Of a DNA stretch of 64,000 bases, positions 49,590 to 58,203 are shown piece after piece (the first letter of the stretch is position 1; each line of letters opens with the position of its first letter). The position numbers and the translations under genes were made by a program. A model generated the notes under the pieces. The model saw only the letters and a program-made list of their open reading frames with translations. It did not search any database and was not told the origin of the DNA. Source of the stretch: an uncultured Acidobacteriota bacterium (GTDB lineage: Bacteria; Acidobacteriota; Thermoanaerobaculia; UBA5066; Gp7-AA6); assembly GCA_963764715.1 (NCBI GenBank), contig CAVXTP010000024.1, forward strand, positions 18,743-82,742, read 5' to 3'.

Positions 49590-49620
49590 CCATACGGCCG
49601 CGAAAATGAACCGGGGCGGC

Positions 49621-49652
49621 CCCGGTCGTAGGGGCGGCCCTTGCGGCCGCCC
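49621..49652 (+). repeat. GTAG-type REP-like palindrome
   Basis: cccggtcgtaggggcggcccttgcggccgccc, identical to 28058-28089. Confidence 0.8.
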
Positions 49653-49678
49653 TCCGGGGCAAGCAGCCGACGCGTCGA

Positions 49679-51085
49679 CTAGATGTGGATGGCGTGGCCG
49701 CCGACGGCCTCGGCGGCTTCGTGGATGGCTTCCGAGAGCGTCGGGTGGGCGTGGATGGTGCGGACGAGCTCTTCGGAGGTGGCCTCGAGCTTCAGGGCCG
49801 CTCCGGCCTCCGCGATGAGCTCGGTCGCCGAGGGGCCGACGATGTGGACGCCGAGGACCTCGTCGTACTTCTTCTCGGCCACGATCTTCACGAACCCCGA
49901 AGCGCGGTTGAGGATCCGGGCCTTGCCGACGGCCGAGAACGGGAACTTGCCGACGACGACGTCGTAGCCGCGCTCGCGCGCCTTCGCCTCGGTCAGCCCG
50001 ATCGAGCCGATCTCGGGCGAGCAGTAGGTGCAGCCGGGGACCTGGTCGTAGTTGATCGGGCGCGTCTCCCGGCCCGCCATGTGCTCGACCGCGACGACGC
50101 CCTCGGCGGAGGCCAGGTGCGCGAGCGCCGGCGTCGGCAGGACGTCGCCGATGGCATAGACGCCCGGGACGTTCGTGCGCATGAACTGGTCGACCTGGAT
50201 GTAGCCCTTCTCGATCGCGATTCCCATCGCCTCGAGCCCGATGCCGTCGGTCAGGGGCCGCCGGCCCACGGCCATGAGCACCTTCTCCGCGCGGAAGGTC
50301 TCGGTCTTGTCTCCCGACGAGCGGGCCAGGATCTCGACGCCGGCGTCGTTGCGGGTCATCCGCTCGACCCGCGTGTCGGGGTAGATCGCGATCCCCTGCC
50401 GCTTGAACGACGCCGCGAGCTCCCGGGAGATCTCCTCGTCCTCCACCGGGACGATGCGCGGCAGCACCTCGACGATCGTGACCTTCGCCCCGAAGCGGGC
50501 GTGCATGGACGCGAACTCGACCCCGACGGCGCCGGAGCCGATGACGACGAGCGATTTCGGAACCTCGGCGAGGTCCAGCATCCCGGTCGAGGAGAGGACG
50601 GTCTTCTCGTCGATGTCCATCCCGGGCAGGGAACGCGGCGTCGATCCCGTCGCGACGAGGACGTTCTTTCCGGTGAAGACCGTCTCCGCGCCGTCCGCCC
50701 CGGTCACCGACACGCGGCCGGCGCCTGCCACGCGGCCGAAGCCGGCGGCCACGTCGACGCGGTTCTTCTTCATCAGGAAGGTGATTCCGTTGGTCGACTG
50801 GCGGACGATCTTCTCCTTGTGCTTGAGGGCGGCCGGCATGTCCAGGCGCACCTCGCGGGTCGCGACGCCCACGTCGGCCCCGTGGCGCGCCTCCTCCAGG
50901 AGATCGGCCGTGTGCAGGAGCGCCTTGGTCGGGATGCATCCCCACAGCGTGCAGACTCCCCCGAGCCGGGGCTCCTTTTCGACGATGAGGACGGTCAGGC
51001 CGAGCTGCGCGGCCCGGATGGCGGCCACGTATCCGCCGGGGCCCGAGCCGATGATGATCAGGTCGTAGGACTTGGTTGAGCTCAT
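49679..51085 (-). CDS. lpdA: Dihydrolipoyl dehydrogenase
   Basis: GSGPGGYVAAIRAAQLG, GGVCTLWGCIPTK, HAHPTLSE. Confidence 0.96.
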   Translation of the reverse strand: MSSTKSYDLIIIGSGPGGYVAAIRAAQLGLTVLIVEKEPRLGGVCTLWGCIPTKALLHTADLLEEARHGADVGVATREVRLDMPAALKHKEKIVRQSTNGITFLMKKNRVDVAAGFGRVAGAGRVSVTGADGAETVFTGKNVLVATGSTPRSLPGMDIDEKTVLSSTGMLDLAEVPKSLVVIGSGAVGVEFASMHARFGAKVTIVEVLPRIVPVEDEEISRELAASFKRQGIAIYPDTRVERMTRNDAGVEILARSSGDKTETFRAEKVLMAVGRRPLTDGIGLEAMGIAIEKGYIQVDQFMRTNVPGVYAIGDVLPTPALAHLASAEGVVAVEHMAGRETRPINYDQVPGCTYCSPEIGSIGLTEAKARERGYDVVVGKFPFSAVGKARILNRASGFVKIVAEKKYDEVLGVHIVGPSATELIAEAGAALKLEATSEELVRTIHAHPTLSEAIHEAAEAVGGHAIHI

Positions 51086-51149
51086 GTGCGGTCTCGCTCC
51101 GAGAAGGGGCGATAGCCTATCAGACGGTCCCCGCGTCTAGAATGCCGGC

Positions 51150-52286
51150 ATGCGTCGGACGCTTCGATGGCTCCTCCCTGCCTCGCTCGCGCTGCTGGCC
51201 GGCTGCGGGGGCGAGACCGCGGGCGAGCGGCAGGGCATCAAGGTCGGGTTCTTCGGCGCGCTGACCGGCCCGACGGCGACCTTCGCCATTTCCGGAAGGA
51301 ACGGGGCGACGCTCGCCGTCGCCGAGCTCAACGCCGCGGGCGGCGTTCTCGGCAAGCCGATCGTGCTGCTCGCGGAGGACGACCGGGGCGAAGCCGCGGA
51401 GGCGGCGTCGTCGGTCTCGAAGCTCATCACGCGGGACCACGTCGTCGCGCTGATCGGGGAGAACGCCTCGTCGCGGACCCTCGCCGCCGCGCCCATCGCC
51501 CAGAGCTACAAGGTGCCGATGATCTCGCCCTCGTCGACCAACGTCGAGGTCACGAAGAAGGGCGATTACGTCTTCCGCGTCTGCTTCATCGATCCTTACC
51601 AGGGCCGGGCGCTCGCGACCTTCGCGCGGCGGGACCTCAAGGCGAAGACGGCCGCGATCCTCGTCGACGCCCGCAGCGACTACTCCGTCGGGCTCGCGGA
51701 GGCGTTCCGCGCCTCGTTCGAGTCCGGTGGCGGCCGCATCGTCAGCGAGCTCAAGTACGCCGAGGGCGACAGCGACTTTTCGGCGCAGCTGACGGCCATC
51801 CGGCCGATGCAGCCGGACGTCCTGGTCGTGCCGGGGTACTACACCGACGCCGGCCTGATCGCGCGGCAGGCCCGGTCCCTCGGGCTGACGGCCACCCTGC
51901 TCGGCGCGGACGGCTGGGATTCGCCCAAGCTCGTCGAGATCGGCGGCGAGGCGATGGAGGGCTCCTACCTCTCGAACCACTACTCCGTGGACGATCCCTC
52001 GCCGGCGGTCCGCCGGTTCGTCGAGGCCTACAAGGCGAAGTACGGCAGCGAGCCGGACTCGATCGCCGCGCTGTCCTACGACGCGGCTCGGCTTCTGGCG
52101 GACGCGATCGAGCGCGCCGGGTCGACCGAGGGCCGGCGCGTGCGGGACGCCCTGGCCTCGACGAAGGACTTCGCCGGCGTCACGGGAACGATCACGATGG
52201 ACGCCGACCGCAACCCGGTCAAGCCCGCCGTCATCCTGAAGGTCGAGAAGGGCCGCTTCCGCTTCGCGGCGGCCGTCGCGCCCTGA
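51150..52286 (+). CDS. Branched-chain amino acid ABC substrate-binding lipoprotein (LivJ/K family)
   Basis: Lipobox LLAGC, LTGP, FRVCFIDPYQG, DFSAQLT, GADGW, GVTGTI. Confidence 0.92.
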   Translation: MRRTLRWLLPASLALLAGCGGETAGERQGIKVGFFGALTGPTATFAISGRNGATLAVAELNAAGGVLGKPIVLLAEDDRGEAAEAASSVSKLITRDHVVALIGENASSRTLAAAPIAQSYKVPMISPSSTNVEVTKKGDYVFRVCFIDPYQGRALATFARRDLKAKTAAILVDARSDYSVGLAEAFRASFESGGGRIVSELKYAEGDSDFSAQLTAIRPMQPDVLVVPGYYTDAGLIARQARSLGLTATLLGADGWDSPKLVEIGGEAMEGSYLSNHYSVDDPSPAVRRFVEAYKAKYGSEPDSIAALSYDAARLLADAIERAGSTEGRRVRDALASTKDFAGVTGTITMDADRNPVKPAVILKVEKGRFRFAAAVAP

Positions 52287-52299
52287 CGGCGCGAAGCTC

Positions 52300-52971
52300 C
52301 TACTTCGCGGGCGCCGCCGCGGGGTCGAGGACGAACTCGTCGAACGACGCTTCGCCCGGCCCCTCTGCGGCGAGGCCGGCGCGCCCGGCGGCCGGCTTCG
52401 GGTCCTTCGCCTCGAAGAGGGCCTTGTCGCCGAAGGACACGGACACGTTCGGCCCGTTCAGCTTGACCGCGAGCTTCTGCCAGGGGTTGGCGAACTCCGC
52501 CTGGCCGCGGCCGATCTCCGAGGCCTTCCCGCCCGCCCAGGCCGAAAGGACGACCTCGCCCGTGGCCGTGTCGGCGAGGAGCAGAACGAAGTTCTTGTCG
52601 TCTTTCATCCGCACGACCATGCCCGCGCGCCCCGGCCCCTGCCGGAGGAAGGTCGACGCGGTCCCGTCCCGGAACGCCACGTTGCGCCGGAGCGCGGCGG
52701 CGATCGAGCCCGCGGGCAGTTTCTTCTCCGTCTGCACGAGGCGATTGGGCGTGGAAGGGGGATTGGGGTCCGTGAGCACCAGCCACCGGGGACTCCCCGC
52801 CTCGCCGAGAACGACGAAGTCGAAGAAGCCGGGCGGGCGCATCAGCGAGTCCGCGTCGAAGTGATTGCGGAGCTGCTCGGCCGAGGCCGGACGGGCCAGC
52901 GCGGCGGCGAGGAAGACCGCGAGCCGGGCCGCGAGGCGCAGCGTCGCCGGGAGCCTGCGAACGAAGTTCAT
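52300..52971 (-). CDS. Secreted hypothetical protein, ConA/laminin-G-like beta-sandwich suspected
   Basis: Signal peptide; AGMVVRMKDDKNF, WQKLAVKLNG, GRAGL, ASFDEF. Confidence 0.7.
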   Translation of the reverse strand: MNFVRRLPATLRLAARLAVFLAAALARPASAEQLRNHFDADSLMRPPGFFDFVVLGEAGSPRWLVLTDPNPPSTPNRLVQTEKKLPAGSIAAALRRNVAFRDGTASTFLRQGPGRAGMVVRMKDDKNFVLLLADTATGEVVLSAWAGGKASEIGRGQAEFANPWQKLAVKLNGPNVSVSFGDKALFEAKDPKPAAGRAGLAAEGPGEASFDEFVLDPAAAPAK

Positions 52972-53010
52972 GCCCGCGGAAAAACCGGCCGGATGCCCTA
53001 AAATTCCCCC

Positions 53011-53301
53011 ATGGACACCAACTCCCCCAAACCCGCCGAAACCTATCGAATGAACCGGGAAGGCTATGCCTTCCGGCTGGACCGCAAGGAAGTCGACAAG
53101 CTCAAGACGATGCCCGACTTCGAGGGCCGGGAGGAACCGGCCGTGGCGGAGGACTTCCTGAGGTACCGGGCGGAGGCCTGGGCGGACGTTCTCTCGTCGG
53201 CCGGAGCCGAGCCGGGCGAGATCGCCGTGACGATCGATCCGCACCAGAAGAAGGCCCACCTGAGGAAGGCCCACCGGATCGTGATCACGGCCGACATCTA
53301 G
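53011..53301 (+). CDS. Hypothetical protein, paralog of the C-terminal domain of 53352..53906
   Basis: GYAFRLD...GEIAVTIDPH; GC3-rich codons; TAAAAT 6 nt upstream. Confidence 0.72.
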   Translation: MDTNSPKPAETYRMNREGYAFRLDRKEVDKLKTMPDFEGREEPAVAEDFLRYRAEAWADVLSSAGAEPGEIAVTIDPHQKKAHLRKAHRIVITADI

Positions 53302-53351
53302 TCCGAACGCGGTCGGGGCGGCGCGGGCTTGGCGCCACCGGCGGCGAGAAG

Positions 53352-53906
53352 CTAGAAGCTCAGGATCCCCCGGATGCGGTTCTCGAGCGCGAGAAACGCC
53401 TGCCGCGAGTACGGGTCCACGACGACCCGGATCTCCGAGGGCGTGGGCACGTCGTCGGCGATCGCCGAGGCGAGGCGCTCCGCCTGGCCGTCGAAGAAGG
53501 CCTCGCCGATCTCGTCGTCGGACCGGCCCCGTGAGCCCGGCAGCTCGCGCAACCGCGCGAGGTCCGGGGGATCGAGGCGCAGCCGGTAGCCCTTGCATTC
53601 CCGGTAGAGGGGCTCGCGGCGGTCGATCAGGTCCGGCCGCGCGCCCCGGGCGGGCGCGGGCTTGCGCGCGCCGGTGACGGCCTCGGCCACGGGCGCCGGG
53701 AGCGGGGGTGGCTCGTCGAGAACGGCGTCGGTGGCTTCCTCGACGCTGAGCTCGACGGCCTCGACGGCCTCGACAGCCTCGACGGCCTCGACAGCCTCGA
53801 CGGTCTCGAGGGTCGCCTCCAAGCGGACAGCTTCGGCGACCTCCTCGGTCACTTCGGCTTCGTCGATTTCGCCGGCCGGCACCACCGGATCTTCGGGTTC
53901 CGTCAT
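53352..53906 (-). CDS. Hypothetical protein, acidic AVE-repeat N-terminus + conserved C-terminal domain
   Basis: (AVE)n tract; GYRLRLD...SEIRVVVDPY; starts 1 nt after the ACAD stop. Confidence 0.72.
   Translation of the reverse strand: MTEPEDPVVPAGEIDEAEVTEEVAEAVRLEATLETVEAVEAVEAVEAVEAVELSVEEATDAVLDEPPPLPAPVAEAVTGARKPAPARGARPDLIDRREPLYRECKGYRLRLDPPDLARLRELPGSRGRSDDEIGEAFFDGQAERLASAIADDVPTPSEIRVVVDPYSRQAFLALENRIRGILSF
53751..53804. repeat. 9-bp coding tandem repeat x6
   Basis: ctcgacggc/ctcgacagc units encoding AVE on the minus strand. Confidence 0.85.
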
Positions 53907-53907
53907 C

Positions 53908-55056
53908 TCACCGTCCCGCCAGGACGTTCTTGGCGATCACCATGCGTTGGATCTCGCTCGTTCCTTCGTAGATCGTCGTGACCCGCGCGTCCCGATAGTA
54001 ACGCTCGACCGCGTACTCCTTGGAATAGCCGTAGCCTCCGAAGATCTGGACGGCGCGGTTGGCGATCGCGTTGGCGGCCTCCGTGGCGTAGACCTTGGCC
54101 ATCGACGACTCCTTGGAGAACCGCGCGCCGGGAGTCTCGGAGAGGAGCGCCGCCCGGTAGGTCAGCACCCGGGCCGCCTCGAGTTGGACGCGCATGTCGG
54201 CCACCTGGAACGCGATGGCCTCGTGCTCGGCGAGCTTCTTGCCGAAGGTCTCGCGCGTGCGCGCGTACTCCGTCGCGGCTTCGTACGCCGCCTGCCCGAT
54301 GCCGATTCCCTGCGCCGCGATGCCGATGCGGGAGTGGTCGAGCGTCGTCATCGCGATGGTGAAGCCCTCCCCTTCCGACCCGAGACGCCGGTCTTCCGGA
54401 ACGCGAACGTCCTCGAGGAAGATCGAAGCCGTCTTGGACGCACGGAGCCCCATCTTGTTCTCGGGCGCTCCGATCCGCACGCCCTCGTCGTCCGACGAGA
54501 CGAGGAACGCCGTGATGCCGCGGGTCCCCGCGGAGGGATCCGTCATCGCCATGAGGACGTACCACTTCGCCTCGCCGGCGTTGGTGATCCAGGCCTTGGC
54601 CCCGTTGAGCACGTAGGAGGCGCCGTCGCGGACGGCCCGCGACTTCTGGTTGGCCGCGTCGGAGCCCGACTGCGGCTCGGTCAGCGCGTACGCCCCGAGG
54701 GCGCGCCCGGACGCGAGCTCCTTCAGGATCGTCGACTTCTGACGCTCGCTGCCGAACTTCCACACTGGGTAGCAGGCGACCGAGTTGTTGACCGACACGA
54801 TGACCGCCGTCGAGGCGCACACCCGCGCGAGCTCCTCGACGGCGAGGACGTAGGACAGCGCGTCGGCGCCCGCGCCGCCGTAGGCCTCGGGCACCATCAT
54901 GCCGAGAATCCCCATCTCGGCGAGCTTCGCGAGGATCTCGCGCGGGAAGGTCTCGTTCTTCTCGCGCTCGGCGACACCCGGCCCGATCTCCGCGGCGGCG
55001 AACTCGCGCACGGCGTCGCGAATTCGGGCCTGGTCCTCCGTCAGGTGGAAGTTCAT
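53908..55056 (-). CDS. Acyl-CoA dehydrogenase
   Basis: ALTEPQSGSDA, KMGLRAS, QIFGGYGY, IYEGTSEIQ. Confidence 0.95.
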   Translation of the reverse strand: MNFHLTEDQARIRDAVREFAAAEIGPGVAEREKNETFPREILAKLAEMGILGMMVPEAYGGAGADALSYVLAVEELARVCASTAVIVSVNNSVACYPVWKFGSERQKSTILKELASGRALGAYALTEPQSGSDAANQKSRAVRDGASYVLNGAKAWITNAGEAKWYVLMAMTDPSAGTRGITAFLVSSDDEGVRIGAPENKMGLRASKTASIFLEDVRVPEDRRLGSEGEGFTIAMTTLDHSRIGIAAQGIGIGQAAYEAATEYARTRETFGKKLAEHEAIAFQVADMRVQLEAARVLTYRAALLSETPGARFSKESSMAKVYATEAANAIANRAVQIFGGYGYSKEYAVERYYRDARVTTIYEGTSEIQRMVIAKNVLAGR

Positions 55057-55805
55057 TCCGTCCGTCCCGGCGCTCCGGCGCCCGCGGGCGACGGTCCGCC
55101 CGTTGCTCCGCCCGAGCCGCCCCGACCGCCGCGGCGGCGGCGGCGGAACCGGCGCCGCCGCTTGCTCCCGCCGGCCTCGCCGGCGGCCGCGGCGCCCGCG
55201 CCTCCGGGTCCCGAAGCCTGTGGCGCACCCTCGGGCCGCGGCGGTCTAGGGCCGGCGGCGGCTCGGGGCGGGCCCTGCGGACGAGGCGGACCGCCCCCCG
55301 GCCGCGGCGACGGCTGCGGACGCTGCCCGGGCGGGGCCCCCGGCGAGCCGGGGCGCCGCTCGGCGCCGCGTTCGCCTGCCCGGCCTGCCCGCCCTCCCCG
55401 CCGGCGCCGCCGGCCTCCGCCTTCGCGCCGCGGCTCGGGCGTGTCCACCCAGCCGTCCTCGAGGTGCCGAAACGTCACGACGATCTCGGGCCGCTCCGCG
55501 CGGCTCCGGATGAACTCGACGATCCTCCGGCGCAGCTCCGCCGCCGGGTCTCCCGTCAGCGTCGGAATCCGCTCGGCGTCGAAGAGCACCATCCGCGTCC
55601 ACGCGATTCGGCGCGACGCGCCGTCCGGACCCTGGAGGTCCATGACGAAGAGGTCGCGCTCGTGGTCGAGCGCGTGGTCGCGGTACTCGTGGTCGGGAAG
55701 CGCCTCCCGGCAGAGCTCCTTCAAGAGCGGGAGGTGCTTCTCGCCCCCCTCGAGGGTCTGCTCCATCGAGACCACGCGGTCCCGGAACATCCGTGTCTGG
55801 CCCAT
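55053..55805 (-). CDS. Hypothetical protein with Arg/Gly/Pro-rich disordered C-terminus
   Basis: Globular N-terminus, tails RRRRRGG and KRRRRFRRRRRGG; ATGA-coupled to the downstream ACAD. Confidence 0.65.
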   Translation of the reverse strand: MGQTRMFRDRVVSMEQTLEGGEKHLPLLKELCREALPDHEYRDHALDHERDLFVMDLQGPDGASRRIAWTRMVLFDAERIPTLTGDPAAELRRRIVEFIRSRAERPEIVVTFRHLEDGWVDTPEPRREGGGRRRRRGGRAGRAGERGAERRPGSPGAPPGQRPQPSPRPGGGPPRPQGPPRAAAGPRPPRPEGAPQASGPGGAGAAAAGEAGGSKRRRRFRRRRRGGRGGSGGATGGPSPAGAGAPGRTE

Positions 55806-55811
55806 GTCGTC

Positions 55812-56984
55812 CTATCCGATCGAGAGCCCGCTGTCGCGGAAGATCTCCCGGGCGATGATCAGCCGGTGGATCTCGCTCGTGCCCTCGTAGATCTCGGTGA
55901 TGCGCGCGTCGCGGAAGTTGCGCTCCACCGGGTATTCCTTGGTGTAGCCGTAGCCGCCGTGGATCTGGAGCGCCTTGGTCGTCACCCGCTGGGCCATCTC
56001 GGCGGCGAAGAGCTTGGCGATCGCCGCCTCCATCGAGTACCGCCCGCCCGACATCCTCGTCTCGTCCTTGGCCGCGGCGGCCTTGCGGGTCAGCAGGCGC
56101 GCCGCGTCGACGTCGGTCGCCATGTCGGCGAGATAGAAGCGCAGGGCCTGGAAATCGGCGATCGGTCGCCCGAACGCCTTGCGCGCCTTCGCGTACGACA
56201 CGGCCGCTTCGAAGGCCTCCTGGGCGATGCCCACGGCCTGGGCGGCGATCCCGATCCGGCCGCCGTCGAGCGTCGACATCGCGATCTTGAAGCCTTCGCC
56301 CTCCTCGCCGAGGCGGTCGGCCACGGGGACCATCACGTCGGTCAGGAAGATCTCGACGGTGCCCGAGGCGTTGACGCCGAGCTTGACCTGGTGGCGCGAG
56401 CGGTCGAAGCCGGGGGCCGAGGCGTCGACCAGGAACGCCGAGATGCCCTTGACCTTCTTCTCGGGGCTGGTCATCGCGAACAGCAGACAGACGTCGGCGG
56501 CCTGCCCGCACGTGATGAAGACCTTCTGGCCGGAGATCCGGTAGACGTCGCCCTCCCGGACCGCCCGCGTCTTCTGGTTCCCGGCGTCGGATCCGGCGTC
56601 CGGCTCGGTCAGCGCGAAGCAGCCGAGCTTCTCGCCGCGCGCGAGCGGCGTCAGGAACCGCGCCTTCTGGTCGGCGTTTCCGAACTTCTCGACGGGGTCG
56701 CAGACGAGCGAGTTGTTGACCGAGAGAATGACCCCCATGTTGGCGCAGGCGCGGGAAATCTCCTCGATCACGATGGCGTACGACACGACGTCCATGCCGG
56801 AACCGCCGTGCTCGGGCGAGACGGCGACGCCGGCGAGGCCGAGCTCACCGGCCGCGCGGAAGAGGTCCTTCGGGAACTCGCCCGACTGATCGATGACCGC
56901 GGCCCGGGGCCGGATGACCTCCTCGGCGAAGCCGCGAACCGAGTCGCGGAGAAGCTGCTGCTCCTCGGAGAGCTCGAGATTCAT
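55812..56984 (-). CDS. Acyl-CoA dehydrogenase
   Basis: FALTEPDAGSDA, LDGGRIGIAAQ, QIHGGYGY, IYEGTSEI. Confidence 0.95.
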   Translation of the reverse strand: MNLELSEEQQLLRDSVRGFAEEVIRPRAAVIDQSGEFPKDLFRAAGELGLAGVAVSPEHGGSGMDVVSYAIVIEEISRACANMGVILSVNNSLVCDPVEKFGNADQKARFLTPLARGEKLGCFALTEPDAGSDAGNQKTRAVREGDVYRISGQKVFITCGQAADVCLLFAMTSPEKKVKGISAFLVDASAPGFDRSRHQVKLGVNASGTVEIFLTDVMVPVADRLGEEGEGFKIAMSTLDGGRIGIAAQAVGIAQEAFEAAVSYAKARKAFGRPIADFQALRFYLADMATDVDAARLLTRKAAAAKDETRMSGGRYSMEAAIAKLFAAEMAQRVTTKALQIHGGYGYTKEYPVERNFRDARITEIYEGTSEIHRLIIAREIFRDSGLSIG

Positions 56985-57035
56985 GGGACGCGGAGTATAC
57001 GGGAAGCCGGCGGCCGGCCCGGCGGGCGCCGCCCG

Positions 57036-58175
57036 CTAGGTCGGGCGCGGAAGGGAGCCCAGGAACGCGATCAGCGCATCCGCATAACGCGGCCAGGACG
57101 CGCTCGCGGCGGCCCGGGAGAGCCCCGGGGCGTAGGCGTCCGGGCCCCGGCGAACGACCGTTTCGACGGCCCGCGCGAGGCCCGCCGCGTCGCCCGCGGC
57201 GAAGAGCTCGCCGGTGACGCCGGGCGCGATCGTCTCCGCCAGGCCGCCGACCGCGGCCGCCGCGACGGGACGGCCCGCCGCGAGCGCGCGCGCCGCGATC
57301 CCGCTGCCGGAGACGGCGCGGTACGGGAGCACGACGACGTCGCACGCCGCGAGCCACAGTCCCATGTCCTCCTCGGGCACGTACGCGTCCTTCCAGTGAA
57401 TGCGGTCGCGCACCGGGCTCGCCTCCGCCCGGCGGGCGAGGTTCCGCGCATCCGCGAAGACCTCGCCGACGACGGCGATCGAGGCGCCGGTCGCGCGGAC
57501 GATCGCGGGCGCCGCCTCGAGAAGAATGTCGACGCCCTTGTACCGCCGCACCAGCCCGAGGAAGAGCACGAGCGGACCGTCGGCTCCGAGCCCGAGCCGG
57601 CGGCGCGCCTCCCCGCGCGGCGGCCCGTCGGACGGCGCCGCAGGGTGCGGCAGCACGGCCGCCGGTCGTCCGGGAGCGAGCCGCGCCAGCCGGTCGCGGT
57701 CCGCCGACGCGTGGACCACGAAGGCATCGGCGGCGAGAAACGCCCCGATTGCAAGGAAGCGGCGCAGGGCCCCGCCCTCGTGATCCTCGACGTTGTGACA
57801 GATCAGGACGCGCCGCGTCGCCGGGGACCGGGCGGCGACCCGGCGGAGCACGGCGCGATCGGGAAGCCCCCAGAAGGCGGTCCACCAGGGCACCAGCAGC
57901 GCCCCCGGGGCAGCCGACGCGATCGCCTCGGCCGTGCGCTTCCAGGACAGCGGCGAGAGATAGTCGAGGACGGGCTCGGCGTCCGAGGGCGAAAGCCCCG
58001 GATCGACGTCGAAGCGTCGGGGATCGAGCCAGCGCGGATACCGCCGCGCGAACGTGAACCACGACACCGGGACGCGCTCGCGCAGGGCGGCCGCGAGCAG
58101 GGCGGTTTCCCGCGCGATCCCTCCCCGGTCCGGAGGGGCCGGGCCGAGGACCGCGACGCGAGTCACGGAGCTCAC
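57036..58175 (-). CDS. Glycosyltransferase family 4
   Basis: RGGIA, CHNVEDHE, FLGLVRRYKGVD, DVVVLPY..SGSG, VGGLAE; start 58175 or 58166. Confidence 0.9.
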   Translation of the reverse strand: MSSVTRVAVLGPAPPDRGGIARETALLAAALRERVPVSWFTFARRYPRWLDPRRFDVDPGLSPSDAEPVLDYLSPLSWKRTAEAIASAAPGALLVPWWTAFWGLPDRAVLRRVAARSPATRRVLICHNVEDHEGGALRRFLAIGAFLAADAFVVHASADRDRLARLAPGRPAAVLPHPAAPSDGPPRGEARRRLGLGADGPLVLFLGLVRRYKGVDILLEAAPAIVRATGASIAVVGEVFADARNLARRAEASPVRDRIHWKDAYVPEEDMGLWLAACDVVVLPYRAVSGSGIAARALAAGRPVAAAAVGGLAETIAPGVTGELFAAGDAAGLARAVETVVRRGPDAYAPGLSRAAASASWPRYADALIAFLGSLPRPT

Positions 58176-58203
58176 GGGGCGGGAGACGGAGCCGCGCCCC
58201 CGA

